A DNA stretch of 64,000 nucleotides, taken from assembly GCA_025449845.1 (NCBI GenBank), contig JANWIP010000002.1, forward strand, positions 21,868-85,867. Reading direction: 5' to 3'. Below are positions 45,192 to 53,831 of the stretch, piece by piece. A program made the translations under genes and the position numbers. The notes beneath the pieces were generated by a model. That model had not been told where the DNA came from and ran no database searches. It was given only the letters and a program-made list of their open reading frames with translations. How positions within the stretch are numbered: position 1 is the first letter of the stretch; each line of letters opens with the position of its first letter. This DNA is from Solirubrobacteraceae bacterium. GTDB lineage: Bacteria > Actinomycetota > Thermoleophilia > Solirubrobacterales > Solirubrobacteraceae.

Positions 45192-46694
45192 TCAGCCGCG
45201 CAGCGTGACGCTGCGGGTCGTGCCGATGGGCGCACCATGCAGTGGCGTGAGCGTGACCTGGACCACCACCGGCAGCCGGTGGCGACGATGCAAGGCGCGC
45301 TTGGCCTGCGCATTGAGGGAGACCACAAAGGGCACCCGGCCAGCCGCGAGGGAGGCGCGGATGAAGCGTCCGATACGCACCTGCTTAACGTGCTTGCGGG
45401 CAAGCAAGGCGGAGCCCGCGAGCAGGTCCACCTCCAGGTGCCCGCCAGCGCCGGCGGCCGATATGTCAAGCGAGCCATGGACGGCCGGGCCATGCTGAGC
45501 GCCGGCAACCTTGATGGCGGTGGACGCGCCGCCAACCAACGGCGAGCCGCCGATGACGATCGGAGACACTCCAGAGCTCAAGGCCACTGGAACAGACGCG
45601 ATCGGGGCCGGCGTCACGGTCGTGCTCGGGCTGGTCGGCGTTTCCGTAGACCCGGAGGGGGGTGAAGGTGAAGGGCTCGGCGAAGGTTCAGGAGGCGAGG
45701 CGGTCGTGAATTCCCGATCGAGCCCGGGCGCATCGCCGAACGAGTTGTGGGCAACGATCTCAAAGTGGTAGACGGTGCCCGGCGCGAGTCCGCTGAGCGG
45801 GGCGAAGACGACGCGGCCGATGGCGCCTTCGCCGGCTGACTGGACGCTGGTGGTGTGTCCGTAGCTGTCGCTAGTGCCGTACTTGAAGAAATAGGTCGTC
45901 GCCTGACCGTGCGGGTTGACGGTGCCGCCGAGGGTCGCACCGGTTTCACTCACAGCGCTGGCTTCGCCGGTGCTGGCGGTGGGCGCTCCGGGCGGCGAGG
46001 CGGTGGTGAAGGTGTGGTCGGCACCAAACACGGTGCTGGCGCCCGCGGCATAACTGGCAACGATGCGGAAGTGATAGAGCGTGCCGGGAACGAGCCCCGA
46101 CACCAGCGCCGACTCGGCGTGACCGACGCTGTCTTCGCCGGCCGACAACGTGCTGGTCTGTTCTCCGTAGCTGCTGCTGGTGCCGTAGTTGAAGTAGTAG
46201 GAGGTCGGCTGGCCCTTGGGGTTGATGGTGCCGTTGAGCGTCGCTTCGCTCTGGCTCACCGCGGAGGCACTATCGGCGCTGGCGAGCGGCGGCAGAGAAC
46301 CGCTGGCGTTGACGTAGACGAAGGCCTTCATGGCGGCGCCGTGAACGCCGCACCAGAATTCATAGGTGCCCGCGGTGGTGAAGGTGCAGGACCCCGACCA
46401 GCCGGGGCCGGCTTCGCCGATCGTGTGGGGCAGACCTGTACAAGCTGGCGCGGCGGGCCCGGACTCGAACACCGGATAGTGGTAGTTGACGCCGCTGGGG
46501 TAGGCGAAGGAGACGGTGCTACTCGGGGTGATCCCCACTTCGGCGGGCACCAGGCCGTTGGCCTCCCAGAAGTGTTCGTAGAAGCCGCTGTCGACAGCGG
46601 TGATGCTGGCGCTGGCTCCGGCAACCGCCGGGAAGACGGCGGCCACCACCGCAAGCAAGGCGATGAAGGGAAGGTGACGCTTGCGCAATCTCAC
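45192..46694 (-). CDS. secreted protein: cupredoxin-like domain, two FN3-like modules of about 95 aa, Pro/Ser linker and a C-terminal domain
   Basis: The GTG at 46694 gives the signal peptide MRLRKRHLPFIALLAVVAAVFPAVAGASA. Putative type-1 Cu ligands are NYHYP...FWCGVHGAAM. The tandem modules have the form ..ATL.GT.NP.GQ.T.Y.F.YGTS.SYG..T. Confidence 0.7.
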   Translation of the reverse strand: MRLRKRHLPFIALLAVVAAVFPAVAGASASITAVDSGFYEHFWEANGLVPAEVGITPSSTVSFAYPSGVNYHYPVFESGPAAPACTGLPHTIGEAGPGWSGSCTFTTAGTYEFWCGVHGAAMKAFVYVNASGSLPPLASADSASAVSQSEATLNGTINPKGQPTSYYFNYGTSSSYGEQTSTLSAGEDSVGHAESALVSGLVPGTLYHFRIVASYAAGASTVFGADHTFTTASPPGAPTASTGEASAVSETGATLGGTVNPHGQATTYFFKYGTSDSYGHTTSVQSAGEGAIGRVVFAPLSGLAPGTVYHFEIVAHNSFGDAPGLDREFTTASPPEPSPSPSPSPPSGSTETPTSPSTTVTPAPIASVPVALSSGVSPIVIGGSPLVGGASTAIKVAGAQHGPAVHGSLDISAAGAGGHLEVDLLAGSALLARKHVKQVRIGRFIRASLAAGRVPFVVSLNAQAKRALHRRHRLPVVVQVTLTPLHGAPIGTTRSVTLRG

Positions 46695-46879
46695 GATCTG
46701 ACCCGCCTTTCGCTGTATGACATCCCCCGCGGTCCGGCGTCCATGCGACGACGACGGTCGGGCTCCTCGATTGGCAAGACGTCCGCACGGAGCATTCCTT
46801 CCCACGGCCTCGTCAATTCGTCCGAGACGAGTGGTCCAGCCGCTGGCTATCGCTGCGGTCGAGCCGAAAGGGGGCCGAG

Positions 46880-47230
46880 ATGAGCATGCGGTGTGCAGGC
46901 GCGCTGGTGACAATGACGGTGCTGGCGATTGCGGTGCCAGGCGCGGGAGCAGTCCAGGCGCCAGCCCTTCACGAGGCGCAGGCATCCGCGAGTCATGTTG
47001 TGGTGCTGGAGCACAAGCGCTTCCTGCCGGGCGCGGTGTCGATCCGCCGCGGAGAAAGCGTGACGTGGCTCTGGCGCGACGGCCAGATCCCGCATAACGT
47101 GATCGGCCGCGGCTTTCAGTCGCGCGTGGTGACCCGAGGGTCATTCAGCGTGCGCTTCGCGCAGCGCGGGACGTACGCCTATACGTGCACGGTGCATCCG
47201 CACATGGACGGCACGGTGATCGTTCGCTGA
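46880..47230 (+). CDS. small secreted cupredoxin (amicyanin/plastocyanin-like blue copper protein)
   Basis: Signal peptide, then VTWLWRDGQIPHNV....YAYTCTVHPHMDGTVIV. This supplies a full H...C-x2-H-x2-M ligand set. Confidence 0.75.
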   Translation: MSMRCAGALVTMTVLAIAVPGAGAVQAPALHEAQASASHVVVLEHKRFLPGAVSIRRGESVTWLWRDGQIPHNVIGRGFQSRVVTRGSFSVRFAQRGTYAYTCTVHPHMDGTVIVR

Positions 47231-47237
47231 GCGACGC

Positions 47238-47753
47238 TCAGGCTTTGCCCACGAGGAGCGGCGGTCCAGCCCAGCGAACACCCTCGGTCAAAGGCAGCGT
47301 AAGCAGCGCATCCGCCAAGCGCTGCCCAGCGGGCGTAGCCAGCTCAATGTCGAGCTCAAGCGCGGGGATGAGCACGAAGCGGCGGGTGAGCACCTGCGCG
47401 TGAGGCAAGGTCATGCGCTCGTGACGCAGTGTGAGGTCCCCTAATAGGAGTACGTCGATGTCGATCGCACGCGGGCTGTGGCGCTCGTACTCCGATGGAC
47501 GCCCCATCTTTCGCTCAAGACCCTTGACGGCATCGAGCAGATCGAGTGGCTCAAGCTCGGTCTCAATGCGCAAGCAGGCGTTGAGAAAGCTGTCTTGGTC
47601 GAGGATCACTCCGACGGGGTCGGTGTCATAGAGGGAGGAAGAGGCGAGCACGCGCACGCCAACGGCGGGCAGCGCGTCGGCGGCAGCTTGCAGATGCTGG
47701 CGACGCTCACCGATGTTGGAGCCGAGGCCCAAGAGGCCGATGCGAGCAGGCAT
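47238..47753 (-). CDS. folK: 2-amino-4-hydroxy-6-hydroxymethyldihydropteridine diphosphokinase
   Basis: ATG at 47753. GLGSNIG, LYDTDPVG, PRAIDIDVLL and RRFVLIPALE motifs. Confidence 0.9.
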   Translation of the reverse strand: MPARIGLLGLGSNIGERRQHLQAAADALPAVGVRVLASSSLYDTDPVGVILDQDSFLNACLRIETELEPLDLLDAVKGLERKMGRPSEYERHSPRAIDIDVLLLGDLTLRHERMTLPHAQVLTRRFVLIPALELDIELATPAGQRLADALLTLPLTEGVRWAGPPLLVGKA

Positions 47754-47853
47754 GGGCGAGGACGGTAGCCGAGAATCAAGTTCCTCCACAAAACTGGCCG
47801 CCTGGCCAGTATGATGCGATGAACGCCCGCGGCAGCGACCAGGAGGTCTCCAG

Positions 47854-49092
47854 ATGGCATCGACGGCAAGCAGCGATATCAAGGACGTGCTCCTCACCGA
47901 GCGCGAGCACTGGCAGAAGGGCGTGCCGCTTGAGCTGTTCGAGCGGATGCGCAAGGAATGCCCGGTGCACTGGACCTCCGAAATCACCGAATTCCCCGAG
48001 GAGGCCGGCTTCTGGTCGGTCACGCTGGGCGAGGACGTCCACACGGTGAGCCGCGACTTCAAGACTTACTCCTCGGAACTGGGCGGCGTGACGGCCGCCA
48101 ACATCGGCTTCCCCATTGAGCTCTCGCGCGCGATGTTCATCGGCATGGACCCCCCCAAGCACGACCGCGTCAAGGCGCTGTTCCAGGCGGGCTTCACCCC
48201 CAAGCGGATTGCTGCCCACGAGGACGCTATCCGCGCGATCACGGTGGGAGTGCTGGACCGCCTGGAGGGCCAGGAGACATGCGATCTGGTCAATGACGTG
48301 GCGCAGCCAGTGGTCTCGCGCGTGATCGGCAGCTTCATGGGCATTCCGCCCGAGGACGACGAGATCTGGGCGCGGCTGATGAACTCGACGCTGGCCGCCG
48401 GCGACCCCGATCTGAACCCACACGGCGACATCCAGGCAGGCATCGAAAAGGGCGTGGCGGAGATCTTCCAGCGCTGCGGCAAGCTGATCGCCGAGCGCCG
48501 CGAGCACCCGACCGATGACCTTACGAGTGTGCTGGTGCATGCCGAAGTGGACGGCGAGAAGCTTGAGGAACACGAGATCGTGATGGGCTTCTTCCTGCTG
48601 GTGGCCGCCGGTAACGACTCCACCAAGGCGACCTACTGCAGCGGCATGAAGGCGCTGATGGAGAACCCCGATCAGCGCGAGCTCGTGCTGGCCGATCCCG
48701 CCCTGATCCCCGGCGTGGTGGAGGAGTCCCTGCGCATGTTCCCCGCCTTCGCGCACTTCCGCCGCACGGCGAGCTGTGACACCGAACTGAACGGACAGCC
48801 GATAAAGGAGGGCGAGAAGGTGGTCATGTGGTACGTCTCCTCCAATCGCGACGAGGCACGCCATGTGGACCCCAACCGCTTCGATGTACGCCGCGAAGAG
48901 GAGCACCAGGCGTTCGGCGCCGGTGGCCGTCACTTCTGCCTGGGCACCGCACTGGCTCGCCTAGAGCTGAGGGTCCTCTTTGAGGAGACCCTCAAGCGCT
49001 TCCCGGCCATGGAGCCGGTCGGCAAGCCATCGATCGTCGAATCGGTCTTCCTCAATCAGCTCAAGACGCTGCCGGTGCGCCTGAAGCCGTAA
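47854..49092 (+). CDS. cytochrome P450
   Basis: I-helix AAGNDST, EESLR (ExxR), and heme loop FGAGGRHFCLGTALARLE. Confidence 0.93.
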   Translation: MASTASSDIKDVLLTEREHWQKGVPLELFERMRKECPVHWTSEITEFPEEAGFWSVTLGEDVHTVSRDFKTYSSELGGVTAANIGFPIELSRAMFIGMDPPKHDRVKALFQAGFTPKRIAAHEDAIRAITVGVLDRLEGQETCDLVNDVAQPVVSRVIGSFMGIPPEDDEIWARLMNSTLAAGDPDLNPHGDIQAGIEKGVAEIFQRCGKLIAERREHPTDDLTSVLVHAEVDGEKLEEHEIVMGFFLLVAAGNDSTKATYCSGMKALMENPDQRELVLADPALIPGVVEESLRMFPAFAHFRRTASCDTELNGQPIKEGEKVVMWYVSSNRDEARHVDPNRFDVRREEEHQAFGAGGRHFCLGTALARLELRVLFEETLKRFPAMEPVGKPSIVESVFLNQLKTLPVRLKP

Positions 49093-49102
49093 GCAGGGCC
49101 GG

Positions 49103-49696
49103 CTACTTCTTCTTCGGTCCGTAGCGCTTGCGCGCGTGCTTCACGCACGCCGCCCGCTTGCTCTTTGGCTTCTTCTTGCAGGCCTTGAGCGCCTTGGCGA
49201 GCTTCTCGGCCTTGGTGAGGCGATGCAGCGCGATCGGCTTGGGAGTGGGCGGAGGACTTGTCGCGGGCGTCGTGGGAGTCGGCGCGGGAGCGGGGCTACT
49301 CATCGTGGTCGTGACCCCCGCGGCGGTGACGGTAACCGAGCCTGTCATTTCTTCGTGCACCGCACAGCGGAAGGTGTAGGCACCGGCCTGCGTGAAGGTG
49401 CAGCTTCCGCTCCACTGTTCCTTGGATGCTCCTTCGACGGGTACCGAGCTTGAGCACGTGGGCTTGACCTGGCTGGTCCAGATGACGCCATGGGGGGCAC
49501 TGGTGGCGCCTGTGGAGAATGCGACGCTGCCGCCAACGCCGACGGTGGACTGCTTAGGAGACCAGGCGTAGGCGGGATAGATGCCGTTGGACCCTGCCGT
49601 TACCGCTTCGACCGAGGGCGTCGTTTCCGAGCTGGCCATCGCCGGCAGCGCTGCCGCGACAATCCCTAGCAAAAGGACAAGGAAAAGCTTGCGCAT
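49103..49696 (-). CDS. secreted cupredoxin-like protein with a Pro/Thr linker and a lysine-rich C-terminal tail
   Basis: The ATG at 49696 shares one base with the MMPL TGA stop (TGATG). Signal peptide MRKLFLVLLLGIVAAALPAMA. Ligand set SAPHGV...FRCAVHEEM. Paralogous to the N-domain of the 45192-46694 protein (WSGSCTFT.AG.Y.F.C.VH). Confidence 0.7.
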   Translation of the reverse strand: MRKLFLVLLLGIVAAALPAMASSETTPSVEAVTAGSNGIYPAYAWSPKQSTVGVGGSVAFSTGATSAPHGVIWTSQVKPTCSSSVPVEGASKEQWSGSCTFTQAGAYTFRCAVHEEMTGSVTVTAAGVTTTMSSPAPAPTPTTPATSPPPTPKPIALHRLTKAEKLAKALKACKKKPKSKRAACVKHARKRYGPKKK

Positions 49697-51918
49697 CAAC
49701 CTTCCAAGACGCCGATAGGCGGAGATCCTTCCCGTGGTGTCCCCTCGCGCAAACCGATGCGCCGATGCAGCTTGCGCAGCGGCCGCGGCGCCCACCAGGC
49801 GCGCTCACCGAGGATGCCCATGATCGCCGGTACGAGCAGCGCGCGCACGACGGTGGCATCGATCGCCACGGCCAGCGCAGCGCCCACGCCCAGCTGCTTG
49901 ACGAAGAAGATATGGGAGCTCGCGAAGGCGCCGATCGCCACGCAGAAGAGCAGTGCGGCAGCTGTGACCAGGCGCCCAGTGCGCTCAAGCCCCCGAGCGA
50001 TGGCCTCGCGCGCGGGGAGACCTTCATCGTGGGCCTCTTTGATGCGCCCGAACAGGAACACGCCGTAGTCGGTGGAGAGCGCGAAGGCGATCACGAACAG
50101 CAGCACCAGATTAGCCTCCTCCAGGCCGCCGATCGGGCTGAAGCCGAGCAGCGAGGAGAAGTGGCCGTCCTGGAAGACGAGCACCAGCAGACCCGCGCCG
50201 ACGGCCACCGTGAGCAGGTTCATGGCCAGCGCAATCAGCGGCATCACAGCGGAGCCCGTCATCAGGAAGAGGAAGCCGCAGGTGACGAGCGCGAGGATCA
50301 TCAGCACCACGGGCACGTGCGCGGCGATCGAGGACTTCTGATCGATGAAGCCCGCGGTGGGGCCACCGACGAGGACGCCGCGCGGGTTGACGAGCGCGCG
50401 CAAACGCCTAACAAGAGCCTGGTTGGCGGCAGAGGCGCCCGAGCCCTGCGGCAGCAGATCGATCTCCCACTGCCCCTGGCCGAGATAGCGCGGCGGGGCC
50501 ACCTGCGCCTGTCCCGCGGCGATGCGCTGGGACTGCACCGCCAGCGCCTGCACGGCCGGTGCTACCGCGCCAGACCTGCCCTGGCCGCCGGTGCCCTGCC
50601 CAGAGCCGCCACGCCCACCCTGGCCGCCCGCGCCTGCCACCACCATGGTGATCGTCTGCGAGCCGTCCACGGCGAAGTCACTGGTGAGCACGCCTGAGAC
50701 CTGGCGCGTCTCCGAGGAGGCCGGCAACACGCGCGGGTCAGCCGGAGTCAACGCCAGACGCAGTGCGGGCGAAGCGATCGCCAGCAGCACCAAGGAGGTG
50801 AGCAGCGCGACGGTACCCGGACGGCGCATGACGGCACGCGCCAAGCGCGCCCAGCCGCCTTCCTCATCAGCACTCGCGGCGCGGGCCGTACCCCGCTGCA
50901 TCCACTTCGGCGAGAGCGCATCGATGCGCGGCCCCAGCGCGATCAGCACCGCGGGCAGCACCAACAGCGAGACGCCGCCGGCCATCAGCGCCACGGCCGC
51001 TCCCCCGACCCCCATCGAGTAGAGAAAACGCTCAGGAAAGACAAGCATCGAGGCCAGCGCGCCGGCGACGGTCAGCGAACCGTAGAGCACGGTGCGCCCG
51101 GCAGTCTGCAGCGTGCGCCCGATGGCCTCGCGCGGCTCCTGGCCGGCGGCGAGCTCCTCGCGGTAGCGCGAGAGCACGAACAGGCTGTAGTCGATCCCCA
51201 GCCCCAGCCCCACGCCAGTGACGAGGTTGACAGCGAAGATCGAGAGCCCCGCGAACTGGTCGACGAGGCGCAGGATCACGAACGCAAGCACGATCGCAAA
51301 GCCGCCAACGAGCAGCGGCAGCATCGCCGCGACGAGGCCGCGGAAGACCCACAGCGAGAGCAGCAGCAGGATCGGGAAGGCGAGCAGCTCGGCGCGCTCA
51401 AGGTCAGAGGCGGTGCGGCGGTTGATTTCATCGAAGGCGACGTCCTGCCCACCGAAGTGAACCCCGGAGCGGGCCAGCTGAGGACGCAGCTTGGCGACGG
51501 CCGAGGAGGACTCTTCCTGCGTGGCGAAGGCCGCCAGCACGACGCTCTCGCGGCCATCGCGCGAGACGAGCTGCACCAGATGACTGGAGGGATAGTCAAG
51601 CACCCGCTGAAAGCCCTTCTGCGCCGCCAGCAGTGCGGCGACGTGCGCGGCAAGGTGCTGCGCACGCGGGTCGCTGCGCACATCCCCGGAGCTCCTGACG
51701 AGCGCGGCCACGCCGTAATCGGGCGACTGCCCGGTGGCCCGCTGGATCGCGGCCTTGGTCCGCAGGCTCTGATCGTGCAGATCGTGGAAGTCGTTGGAGC
51801 GCCCCTTGAGAACGCTGGTCACAGGGGTCCCCAGCGCCGCGGCCAGCAGAAACACGATGCCGGCCAGCGTCAAAACACGGCGAGGATGCCCGGTGGCCAG
51901 AGCCGTCAAACGATTCAT
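49696..51918 (-). CDS. MMPL-family (RND superfamily) membrane transporter
   Basis: 740 aa with a duplicated 6-TM architecture. Typical MMPL segments (GIDYSLFVLSRYREE, STDYGVFLFGRIKEA). Confidence 0.9.
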   Translation of the reverse strand: MNRLTALATGHPRRVLTLAGIVFLLAAALGTPVTSVLKGRSNDFHDLHDQSLRTKAAIQRATGQSPDYGVAALVRSSGDVRSDPRAQHLAAHVAALLAAQKGFQRVLDYPSSHLVQLVSRDGRESVVLAAFATQEESSSAVAKLRPQLARSGVHFGGQDVAFDEINRRTASDLERAELLAFPILLLLSLWVFRGLVAAMLPLLVGGFAIVLAFVILRLVDQFAGLSIFAVNLVTGVGLGLGIDYSLFVLSRYREELAAGQEPREAIGRTLQTAGRTVLYGSLTVAGALASMLVFPERFLYSMGVGGAAVALMAGGVSLLVLPAVLIALGPRIDALSPKWMQRGTARAASADEEGGWARLARAVMRRPGTVALLTSLVLLAIASPALRLALTPADPRVLPASSETRQVSGVLTSDFAVDGSQTITMVVAGAGGQGGRGGSGQGTGGQGRSGAVAPAVQALAVQSQRIAAGQAQVAPPRYLGQGQWEIDLLPQGSGASAANQALVRRLRALVNPRGVLVGGPTAGFIDQKSSIAAHVPVVLMILALVTCGFLFLMTGSAVMPLIALAMNLLTVAVGAGLLVLVFQDGHFSSLLGFSPIGGLEEANLVLLFVIAFALSTDYGVFLFGRIKEAHDEGLPAREAIARGLERTGRLVTAAALLFCVAIGAFASSHIFFVKQLGVGAALAVAIDATVVRALLVPAIMGILGERAWWAPRPLRKLHRRIGLREGTPREGSPPIGVLEG

Positions 51919-51924
51919 GGCTCA

Positions 51925-51953
51925 TTTATAGTGACTGCTAACTAATTTGTCAA
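51925..51953 (-). promoter_or_regulatory. sigma-70-type promoter TTGACA-17 nt-TATAAA, with the -10 ending 6 nt before the MMPL ATG (predicts a leaderless mRNA)
   Basis: Minus-strand read: TTGACAaattagttagcagtcacTATAAAtgagccATG. The -35 is at 51953-51948 and the -10 at 51930-51925. No SD is possible. Confidence 0.5.
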
Positions 51954-51974
51954 GGGATACTGTTTTGCCTGCCC

Positions 51975-52082
51975 TTTTGCCAGCAAGACACGCCGCTATT
52001 TTGCCCGCAAGACACGCCGCTATTTTGCCAGCAAGACACGCCGCTAGACGGCTACTGCTTTTGCGGACAAGCTACGCCGCTA
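51975..52082. repeat. 24-bp direct repeats (TTTTGCCAGCAAGACACGCCGCTA): 3 near-perfect copies plus 1 degenerate copy, just upstream of the MMPL promoter
   Basis: Copies at 51975-51998, 51999-52022 and 52023-52046, with a degenerate copy at 52059-82. Confidence 0.9.
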
Positions 52083-52175
52083 GGCGCGTAGCGAAACAAC
52101 TCGATCTTGGCTTGCCGGCAGATGGAGAGGCATGCCAGTCGGTTCCTGCCTCGCATGCCAGCGCGTACGACACAG

Positions 52176-52706
52176 CTACTGCTCGGCCTCGCGCCAAACC
52201 TCGACTGAGACCTCATCCACCGGCAGCGGAATCGGCGGCTCCGGCTTGGCGGCCTTGACCCAGACGCCTTCGAGGTCGTAGTCGGCCAGTAGGCGGTCGG
52301 CGATGGTCGAGCAGAGCCGCTCCAAGGTCTTGTGCTGGCGCTGCTGGGCGATGAGGGCGACCAACTGACAGACCTCGCCGTAGTCGACGGTGTCCTCAAT
52401 CTCGTCGGTGACGGTCGCGTCGGTCTCGCCGACATCGAGGCGCAGGTCGAAGACGAGTCGTTGACCAACCTCACGCTCGGCGGCGCTTACGCCGTGGTGC
52501 GTGTAGAGCGAGAGGCCCGTGATCTCGATGGTGACGGACTCGAGCACCTCCTCATCACGGTCCTCGCCGTCGCCGTCGCCGTCGCCGTCCTCCTCGCCGA
52601 TGTCCTGGTCCTCATCCTCAAGACCCTCGACATCGAACTCGCGCTCGTCGAGCCCCTCCTCGTTCAGGTCGTCGTCCTCGCCGCTGGTGGGGCTGTCGCC
52701 GACCAT
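52176..52706 (-). CDS. folB: dihydroneopterin aldolase with an acidic N-terminal extension of about 55 aa
   Basis: Core is IEITGLSLYTHHGVSAAEREVGQRLVFDLRL...DTVDYGEV. The N-terminal extension is rich in D/E, includes a GDGDGDG repeat, and overlaps the folP 3' end by 43 nt. A shorter GTG start near 52545 is possible. Confidence 0.85.
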   Translation of the reverse strand: MVGDSPTSGEDDDLNEEGLDEREFDVEGLEDEDQDIGEEDGDGDGDGEDRDEEVLESVTIEITGLSLYTHHGVSAAEREVGQRLVFDLRLDVGETDATVTDEIEDTVDYGEVCQLVALIAQQRQHKTLERLCSTIADRLLADYDLEGVWVKAAKPEPPIPLPVDEVSVEVWREAEQ

Positions 52707-53593
52707 GCGCCCAAAGTAGCAGCCGCCGCGAGCAGCGCGGCACGCACCGGGGCCACGTCGTGCACGCGAAATACGCTGCCCCCCCGCTCGTAGGCCATGA
52801 CGCTGGTAGCAATTGTGCCCGGCAGCCGCTCTCCCACCTCGGCCGGCTCCCGTTGCCCACGAGCATCCGCAAGCAGCCGCCCTAGGAAGCTCTTGCGCGA
52901 AGTACCCACCACCAGCGGCCGCCCGAGCACCCGCAGCTCATCCAGGCGCCGTAGCAGCTCCAGGTTGTGTTGCAGCGTCTTGCCAAAGCCAATGCCGGGA
53001 TCGAGCAGCACCCGCTCCTCGCGCACGCCAGCAGCAACGGCGAAGCGCAGGCGCTCCTCCAGAAAGGCCTTGACGTCATCGACAACGTCCTCGTAGCGAG
53101 GGTCGTGCTGCATGGTGCGCGGCTCACCGAGCATGTGCATGAGGCAGCAGTCAGCCCCACTGCCCGCCACCACGTCAGCCATCGCGGGGTCCGCGCGCAA
53201 GGCACTGACATCGTTGACGAGCGTGGCGCCGGCAGCAAGCGCGGCGCGAGCAACGGCAGCCTTGGAGGTGTCGATCGAGATCTGCGCATCCGGCGTTCCG
53301 GCCAGACGCTCGATCACGGGGACGACGCGGCGCAGCTCCTCGGCCTCCCCCACCGGCTCGGCCCCCGGCCGCGTGGACTCCCCGCCGATGTCGAGGATGT
53401 CGGCCCCCTGAGCAACCAACTCGCGGCCGTGCGCGACGGCAGCCTGCGCGTCCAGAAAGAGACCTCCGTCGGAGAACGAATCCGGCGTGACGTTGACGAT
53501 GCCCATGAGGCGGAAGGGCAAATCGAGAGTGATGTCGACAGGGAGAGCTGGGATGGGAGGCTCTATTTTTCGTTTAAGTGCGCCATTGTCCAT
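52664..53593 (-). CDS. folP: dihydropteroate synthase
   Basis: MGIVNVTPDSFSDGG, DIGGESTRPG and GTSRKSF motifs. Confidence 0.92.
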   Translation of the reverse strand: MDNGALKRKIEPPIPALPVDITLDLPFRLMGIVNVTPDSFSDGGLFLDAQAAVAHGRELVAQGADILDIGGESTRPGAEPVGEAEELRRVVPVIERLAGTPDAQISIDTSKAAVARAALAAGATLVNDVSALRADPAMADVVAGSGADCCLMHMLGEPRTMQHDPRYEDVVDDVKAFLEERLRFAVAAGVREERVLLDPGIGFGKTLQHNLELLRRLDELRVLGRPLVVGTSRKSFLGRLLADARGQREPAEVGERLPGTIATSVMAYERGGSVFRVHDVAPVRAALLAAAATLGAWSATAPPAARTTT

Positions 53594-53707
53594 ACAACGT
53601 CAATACCATCGCACACAAACTTTAAAACAAAGACCCCCAACCCCCGCCTTTATCTTCCCTTTAGCCTCCGCGCTGGGCCTGGCTCCCCCATGCTGACCTC
53701 CGCTCCG

Positions 53708-53831
53708 CCTCCATCTCTGCCTTCTCGCCACCTCCATCCCTACCGTCGCGCCTCCATCCCTACCGTCGCGCCTCCATCCCTGCCGTCGCTCCGCCTCCAT
53801 CCCTGCCGTCGCGCCCCTCCATACTGCCGCG
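53708..53831. repeat. 20/23-bp tandem repeat, about 6 copies (CCTCCATCCCTACCGTCGCG), between the ftsH stop and folP start
   Basis: Copies begin at 53708 (degenerate), 53731, 53751, 53771, 53794 and 53814 (degenerate). Confidence 0.9.

Noticed and set aside
47754-48062. Extension of folK to 274 aa
   Set aside because: The canonical HPPK N-terminus (MPARIGLLGLGSNIG) begins at ATG 47753. The upstream part overlaps the divergent P450 start region and has no homology signal.
47776-48933. 385-aa minus-strand ORF
   Set aside because: It is entirely antisense to the P450 gene, which has clear heme-loop, ExxR and I-helix motifs. Long shadow ORFs are expected at this GC content, and no motif was recognised.
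53594-53650. Leaderless promoter for folP in the AT-richer patch (TTGTTT..N19..TATTGA-6 nt-ATG)
   Set aside because: The -10 candidate matches TATAAT at only 3 of 6 positions and lacks the invariant final T. The spacer is too long. This is far weaker than the MMPL promoter.
53640-53700. G-quadruplex or terminator downstream of ftsH (minus-strand GGG..GGGGG-TT-GGGGG followed by TCTTTGTTTT)
   Set aside because: There is no complementary C-tract to form a terminator stem. The G-tract spacing is irregular. G-runs are common at this GC content.
53708-53831. CRISPR array (also considered for 24537-24626, 31777-31880 and 51975-52082)
   Set aside because: The repeats are directly adjacent with no unique spacers. 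The units are only 15-24 bp, and no cas genes are present. These are minisatellites.
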